The position numbers and the translations under genes are program-made. Below are positions 17,058 through 21,493 of a stretch of 21,493 nucleotides of DNA, in pieces (the stretch's first letter is position 1; every line of letters begins with the position of its first letter). The stretch lies in assembly GCA_019057635.1 (NCBI GenBank), contig DXJL01000046.1, forward strand, positions 1 through 21,493, in the 5' to 3' direction. Source of the DNA: Candidatus Heimdallarchaeota archaeon. Its GTDB lineage: Archaea > Asgardarchaeota > Heimdallarchaeia > Hodarchaeales > Hodarchaeaceae. The notes beneath the pieces were generated by a model. It did no database searches, was not told the origin of the DNA, and was given only the letters and a program-made list of their open reading frames with translations.

Positions 17058-17426
17058 CTAGCAGACAACTAAGAACTTATCAGTCTCTTTGAGAATTTTT
17101 TCCATATCAGGAGTTCCAGCTCTTTTGATTTTTCCTTTAGACTCCTTACATTTCATACAGTTCTTTGCAGTTCCCCGAACTAACAAACATAAGCTACAAA
17201 GACGAATCAGGGCCCCTTTATCCACGATTTCCCTAAAACCTCCTTCAACATCAAAGATCCCTTCAATTTTTTTCTGATTTTCTAACACCGCGTTTACTGC
17301 ATCCATATAACAAAAGATTTGGACTTCATGTCCTTTGTCTAACGCTGCGTTTGAAAGCTCAACAACCGTTTCTGGCGCTTGGGATTGATGGGGGCCTGAA
17401 AAAAACAATATTCCGATACTAGCCAT
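17058..17426 (-). CDS. DsrE/TusD-like sulfurtransferase subunit
   Basis: GPH...AALDKGHEVQIFCYMDAV, and LCSLCLLVRG with Cys77 at the position of the persulfide Cys78 of TusD/DsrE. Confidence 0.85.
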   Translation of the reverse strand: MASIGILFFSGPHQSQAPETVVELSNAALDKGHEVQIFCYMDAVNAVLENQKKIEGIFDVEGGFREIVDKGALIRLCSLCLLVRGTAKNCMKCKESKGKIKRAGTPDMEKILKETDKFLVVC

Positions 17427-17490
17427 AATTATTCATCTCAATAATTTTAAATTTTCCTTATTCACATCTTTTTGTTTTAATATGTATATG

Positions 17491-17535
17491 AAAAAAAAGG
17501 GTAAGAAGATCTTGTTTAAAAACAAGATATTTCTT
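17491..17535 (-). terminator. Hairpin plus T8 tract between yeeE-like and dsrE-like genes
   Basis: ATCTTGTTT (17509-17517) / AAACAAGAT (17520-17528), extendable by AAGAAG/TTTCTT, followed on the minus strand by CCC and T8 (A run 17491-17498). Confidence 0.6.
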
Positions 17536-17546
17536 GAACTCTCACT

Positions 17547-18623
17547 CTAATCTCTCATGAACAAGAGATAAGAGGCTATCCAGGTTCCTAAGACAATAAA
17601 AATCGATGTAACAATACTACCTACAGACAGTTGGGGAACTCCACTTAAGAGATTGCCAATATTACAACCTGCGGCTAGCACTGCACCGATACCCATCATT
17701 ACACCACCAACAAATTGGCCGAGTAATATTTTACCATCTTTAGGAGCACGAAGCTTGAATTCTTTCGCGATCATTGCTGCAATAAACGCCCCAATAACAG
17801 CTCCAAGTACTAGAAATACTATCCAACCTAAAGCTGCTTCAGCAGGATCAGTACCGGAGACGAAGTATTTCAAAAAGCCTAACCATCCAGCAGTAATACC
17901 TAATGGATAATTTCTACCAGCTTCAGCAGAAGAAATAAACGCTAAAACACCAATCGCTGCAATAGCAGTACCTGTAACCCACCATTTCCAACCTTGTTTG
18001 AAAATTTTTTCGAATAGATTTGTGAAATCCAATTTACCTCCTCCTTCTTTCCAAGGAAGATAAAGTTTCCAAACGATCAAACCAATGCCAATAACAGCAA
18101 TAACTATGACTGTTAACCAAGTTAAAATGTCAGCTAAGTCAGTTCCTAAGATGTTACCTAATGTTAAAGCCGTACCATCATCAGCATTAATTGTGGTATC
18201 TGCACGTAAAGAATCCTTAAATTTCAATAAGATACCTACTCCTGTGGTATAAGCTCCAAGAGATAAACCTAATAAAGCCATGAGAGAGCCCATCATTCCT
18301 TCACCGACACGATAGGTAGTACCAGAGGCACAACCTGCGGCTAAAGCCATTCCTATACCGAAAAGAAATCCACCAAGTATGTTTCCACCCCAAGCAAGAG
18401 GTTTAGGATTAAGAGTGATAATGTCGAGTAAATCCAAAATATGAAAAGCAATCATTTGACCCAATAATGCTAATGCAACAGCTTTTAGCAACGTATACTC
18501 TTTTAACACAAGAATATCTCTAAAAGCAGAATTCATACAGAATCGTCCTCTCTGGAGAACGAAACCAAAAATAATTCCAACAACCAATCCTGGTATAACT
18601 ACTACTGCAAAATCTAATGCCAT
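17547..18623 (-). CDS. yeeE: YeeE/YedE-family (thiosulfate/sulfur compound) transporter
   Basis: Three conserved Cys motifs: LQRGRFCM, GMALAAGCASG, GAVLAAGCNIG. Multiple TM helices. Adjacent to a TusA-family gene. Confidence 0.92.
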   Translation of the reverse strand: MALDFAVVVIPGLVVGIIFGFVLQRGRFCMNSAFRDILVLKEYTLLKAVALALLGQMIAFHILDLLDIITLNPKPLAWGGNILGGFLFGIGMALAAGCASGTTYRVGEGMMGSLMALLGLSLGAYTTGVGILLKFKDSLRADTTINADDGTALTLGNILGTDLADILTWLTVIVIAVIGIGLIVWKLYLPWKEGGGKLDFTNLFEKIFKQGWKWWVTGTAIAAIGVLAFISSAEAGRNYPLGITAGWLGFLKYFVSGTDPAEAALGWIVFLVLGAVIGAFIAAMIAKEFKLRAPKDGKILLGQFVGGVMMGIGAVLAAGCNIGNLLSGVPQLSVGSIVTSIFIVLGTWIASYLLFMRD

Positions 18624-18634
18624 CGAATATTCCT

Positions 18635-18868
18635 CTATTTTCTTTTAATTAAAATTTTCCATTCGGCGGTTCCAGTTTTTTCAACTGAAAGAACCTCATG
18701 TCCAAGAGATTTCATTGTCTCTGGTACACGCTCTGCTGATAATGGATAGTCTATAATGAGTTCCAGTACCTCACCAGAATTCATTCGCTTTATTTTCCTT
18801 TTACTTTTTACATCTGGATAAGGACAAACCTCTCCACTAAGATCTAATGTTTCTGTAACTTCTGTCAC
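18635..18868 (-). CDS. tusA: TusA/SirA/YeeD-family sulfur carrier (start revised to GTG 18868)
   Basis: TLDLSGEVCPYP (CPxP), GEVLELIIDYP, WKILIKR. 77 aa from GTG 18868 is the typical family length. Confidence 0.9.
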   Translation of the reverse strand: MTEVTETLDLSGEVCPYPDVKSKRKIKRMNSGEVLELIIDYPLSAERVPETMKSLGHEVLSVEKTGTAEWKILIKRK

Positions 18869-18900
18869 CTTATTCACGACCAATTTCGTTTTTCGCAAAA

Positions 18901-18933
18901 TTAGGTAAACCTAACTTTTTTTGGCTGCCCTAA
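18901..18933. promoter_or_regulatory. Tandem DtxR-family-like operator boxes (TTAGG-N4-CCTAA)
   Basis: TTAGGTAAACCTAA (18901-18914, 6-bp perfect arms) and TTTGGCTGCCCTAA (18920-18933), 33-65 nt upstream of the tusA start. Confidence 0.6.
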
Positions 18934-19074
18934 ATTGAATATTTAGAAGCAATCATCTGGATATTTTGTTTAGTTAAGAATCTATTGTGAATAATTCATG
19001 ATGATAATGTAGTTACGGTTATTTTTGACACAATTAACTGATATACCTTAAATCTTCTGAATCTTAAATTTTCA

Positions 19075-19090
19075 CAAAAGTTTTTATATT
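19075..19090 (+). promoter_or_regulatory. Putative BRE/TATA promoter of the OsmC-family gene
   Basis: CAAAAGTTTTTATATT about 65 nt upstream of ATG 19153. Confidence 0.4.
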
Positions 19091-19152
19091 TCTAAAAATA
19101 TAATAGGTATACAGTTTTCAATTTCGAATGAAACAGAAATATTTTCAAAAAG

Positions 19153-19653
19153 ATGATAATAATGGGATTTTTAGAAACTTATGAAGCAGTAAAAAAGGAT
19201 TCTTCCAAGGGTGTGAAGAATTTCAATGTTATTGTTGAATCTCAACCTGATGGAAGTTTTATAGCCAAGATGGGACAAGATTTTCAAGCTATTTATGACG
19301 CTCCTCCAGGCCTCGGAGGAAAAGACCTTGGGCCTTCACCACTCTTAGGAATTCTCGCTGCTGTTGGCTCGTGTATTGGTGCGGTAACTAAATTTTGGAG
19401 TCAAATCATGGATGTTCCTATCGATCATATCAAAATATTTTCACGTGGTCACATAAATTTAGCAGGGATTTTTGGAACAGATGATGCAAACTATGAGGGA
19501 ATGTATGATAAACTTGAACCAATAGTAGAAATTAGATCATCTGCACCGAAGGAAAAAATTGATGAGATGATGGAACAAGTCTGGAAACATTGTCCTGTTA
19601 TTAATAATCTTAACCGTGATTCAGGTCTTACATGGAGAATAAAAGTAAAATAA
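19153..19653 (+). CDS. OsmC/Ohr-family peroxiredoxin-like protein
   Basis: DAPPGLGGKDLGPSP...AAVGSC and KHCPV two-Cys signature. Confidence 0.9.
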   Translation: MIIMGFLETYEAVKKDSSKGVKNFNVIVESQPDGSFIAKMGQDFQAIYDAPPGLGGKDLGPSPLLGILAAVGSCIGAVTKFWSQIMDVPIDHIKIFSRGHINLAGIFGTDDANYEGMYDKLEPIVEIRSSAPKEKIDEMMEQVWKHCPVINNLNRDSGLTWRIKVK

Positions 19654-19694
19654 AATTATTCTCAACCCTTCTCTTCTTTTTACATCTTGTCAAT

Positions 19695-19728
19695 AAAAAA
19701 GAGAGGATGGATAAGAAGTTTATCCATC
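19695..19728 (-). terminator. Hairpin (9-bp stem) plus T-tract between convergent genes
   Basis: GATGGATAA (19706-19714) / TTATCCATC (19720-19728), followed on the minus strand by CTCTCTTTTTT. Confidence 0.6.
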
Positions 19729-19740
19729 AATTATACTGGT

Positions 19741-19986
19741 TTACTTGCAAGTACCGTCACCATGATGACCTTGTGAGCTCCATTGATTTCCAGTTCCATC
19801 CATGGGCCCATTTCCACGATGATTTCCATTACCAGTTTGCCCATGAGGTCCCAAACCATCACAAGTACCATCTCTCGTTCCATTTAATGTTTCAGATATA
19901 ACTGAACCATTAACGACTACGGTTGTTGCAATAACCGCTACAAGTCCTAATATTATTAATCCACTGATTAAGTGTTTTCGCTTCAT
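19741..19986 (-). CDS. Small exported/membrane-anchored Gly/Asp/His-rich protein with repeated DGT motifs
   Basis: Basic N-terminus plus hydrophobic helix (MKRKHLISGLIILGLVAVIATTVVV), then RDGTCDG...MDGTG...GDGTCK. GGTGA SD 7 nt before ATG, TTTATAA box near 20022-20027 and a downstream hairpin. Confidence 0.75.
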   Translation of the reverse strand: MKRKHLISGLIILGLVAVIATTVVVNGSVISETLNGTRDGTCDGLGPHGQTGNGNHRGNGPMDGTGNQWSSQGHHGDGTCK

Positions 19987-20339
19987 TTGGCTTTCACCAC
20001 ATAGAGTAAGCCGTGGGGTGATTATAAAGTCATAGAATTTGAAATTTATTTCTAATCGTTTCTTGTAAATATTAATTGTTTCCTAACTTGTAATTGGACA
20101 AAATCTAGACATAGTAATCAATCTTGGCTGAAACAATGAACCTCCAGTAAATAGAGCAAGAAAGAAACATTCTTGATAACTTAAACGAAAAATAGACTTT
20201 ATTGATTACACGTTTTGAATATTCAAATATCTATTCTTAATGACTTAATCAGATAGAATGGGTACGAATTTTCCCAACAAATTCGAAAACTATTCAAGAA
20301 ATCATAATTACTAAAAGAAATTTTTCGTAAGATTGGATA

Positions 20340-20903
20340 TTGACGGTAATCTTTGATATCTCCTTCTTAGTCAGGTGGTTTGAAATTAATTCTCCTTATA
20401 TTCAGCTAAACAGCCAGATAAAATTATTTTTCTCAAACATCAGCAGTCAAAATCAAGGCTCACGTCCAGAAAATTCTGGGTTATTCAGTAATCCATATGT
20501 CATATTGTTACTAGCTGGAATCGTTTTTTTACTTGCAGGATTATTAGTTGTTGCAATAATCTTTTTGTATCGACACATAAAACAACAACGACAATCAAAA
20601 ATCCTCGTGATGACCGACAAGGAAGAGGAACTTATCGATTCTCCAGAAGATGGAATCAAGGAAAAAATTACCACACGTCTAACGTCCTCAGCACAATGGG
20701 AAATTTTAGGGATCGAGGAAAAACTGATCCTCAACGTTTTATTTGACAATCAGGGGAATTTACTCCAAAAAGATCTACCTCAAAAGACTAACTATTCAAA
20801 ATCTACTATAACACGAATTCTAACCCGTCTTGAAGAGCAAGATTTGATTTATCGTACTCCCGCGGGGAGAGGGTACCGCGTGTTTGTGCAAGAAGAAAAT
20901 TGA
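20340..20903 (+). CDS. Membrane-anchored winged-helix (MarR-like HTH) protein; start uncertain
   Basis: Single TM (VILLLAGIVFLLAGLLVVAIIFLY), then EEKLILNVL...GNLLQKDL...NYSKSTITRILTRLEEQDLIYR...GRGYRV. Confidence 0.8.
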   Translation: MTVIFDISFLVRWFEINSPYIQLNSQIKLFFSNISSQNQGSRPENSGLFSNPYVILLLAGIVFLLAGLLVVAIIFLYRHIKQQRQSKILVMTDKEEELIDSPEDGIKEKITTRLTSSAQWEILGIEEKLILNVLFDNQGNLLQKDLPQKTNYSKSTITRILTRLEEQDLIYRTPAGRGYRVFVQEEN

Positions 20904-20985
20904 ATGGTGACAATTCGCGAGTCCTGTAAGATTAAATAACAAACCTAGTATAGAATTTTTTCAAGGAAAAAAGAGAGGGGAGAAA

Positions 20986-21492
20986 TTAGCTTGTTTTTAT
21001 CTCTGTTGAAAACTTGTCGAGAAAATTCTGTACCTTGATAGCGTGCATTTTAAATCCAGCACTAAAGTCGAGACCCATGGCTAAACCAAGCAATTCTCCA
21101 TAGAAAAACACGGGAAGGGTAGTTTTTTCGAAGTGTTTTGCCATAAGACGTTGACCAGTATCGTATGAAACAAAACAAGTAGGGCATACGGTTATGAGAG
21201 CATCAGCTTGTGCCATTTCTGCTCCAACAATTTTCTCATGGGCAATTTTTAGTGATGCATCCATATCAGTAGGTCTTGTTCCAGCTCCACAACACGCCAG
21301 TTTGTTTAAATAAGGAACAGATTCAGCACCGAGAGCTTCCACAAGCTGATCCAATTTTACAGGCATTTCAGGATTATCAACCTGCATAATTTCTGGGGGC
21401 TTAAGGAAGTGACAACCATTATGAGTAGCGATTTTGATGCCTGAAAGTGGTTTTCTAACTTTTGCAGCAATTTTGTCAACACCTATCTCGGT
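20986..21492 (-). CDS. hdrB: Heterodisulfide reductase subunit B, C-terminal part (start lies beyond the window)
   Basis: Frame is open to the window edge: EIGVDKIAAKVRKPLSGIKIATHNGCHFLKP...DNPEMP...CCGAG...VCPTCFVSYDTGQ...LPVFFYGELLGLAMG, the second CCG domain of HdrB. Confidence 0.93.
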   Translation of the reverse strand, partial: TEIGVDKIAAKVRKPLSGIKIATHNGCHFLKPPEIMQVDNPEMPVKLDQLVEALGAESVPYLNKLACCGAGTRPTDMDASLKIAHEKIVGAEMAQADALITVCPTCFVSYDTGQRLMAKHFEKTTLPVFFYGELLGLAMGLDFSAGFKMHAIKVQNFLDKFSTEIKTS

Positions 21493-21493
21493 G

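Noticed and set aside
19632-19901. His-rich 89-aa + strand ORF
   Set aside because: It is the antisense shadow of the Gly/Asp-rich minus-strand gene, which has the SD, TATA box, signal helix and terminator. It also crosses the terminator region.
1-21493. Selenocysteine recoding/SECIS in HdrA, DsrE, TusA, YeeE, OsmC or the radical SAM gene
   Set aside because: All visible catalytic positions are ordinary Cys codons and no gene is interrupted by an in-frame TGA at a conserved Cys. The downstream hairpins lack a recognisable SECIS core. The rest of hdrA is outside the window.
16378-21493. Dissimilatory sulfur oxidation (rDsr or sHdr) or methanogenesis as a firm call
   Set aside because: No dsrAB, dsrC, lbpA or mcr in the window, and Hdr subunits are widespread in non-methanogens. 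Kept only as a hypothesis.

Overview
AT-rich, gene-dense archaeal-looking window (GGTGA/GGAGG ribosome-binding sites, TTTA(T/A)A boxes, pyrimidine tracts after genes; an Asgard/Heimdallarchaeia-like anaerobe is my guess, not established). It is bounded by two partial heterodisulfide reductase genes (hdrA N-terminus at the left edge, hdrB C-terminus at the right edge). Between them are: a four-subunit 2-oxoacid:ferredoxin oxidoreductase (delta-alpha-beta running directly into hdrA, gamma divergent); a tandem GNAT; a cation/proton antiporter; feoAB; an MBL-fold hydrolase; a DUF134 - NifB/NifX x2 - ferredoxin-insert P-loop ATPase x2 - ZIP - radical SAM cluster (Orange-protein-cluster-like); a DtxR-family regulator; a tusA-yeeE-dsrE-dsrF-dsrH sulfur-relay cluster; OsmC; a small exported Gly/Asp-rich peptide; and a membrane-anchored HTH protein. 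No rRNA, tRNA, CRISPR or mobile element was seen. Best leads: (1) a sulfur import/relay module without dsrAB in view, preceded by tandem DtxR-type palindromes and sitting in a metal/Fe-S island between hdr genes; (2) two genes whose conserved N-termini have no in-frame ATG/GTG/TTG and appear to start at ACG and ATT (or carry +1 frameshifts); (3) a 19-bp tandem operator-like repeat before the DUF134 gene. All family calls come from motif recognition, not database searches.
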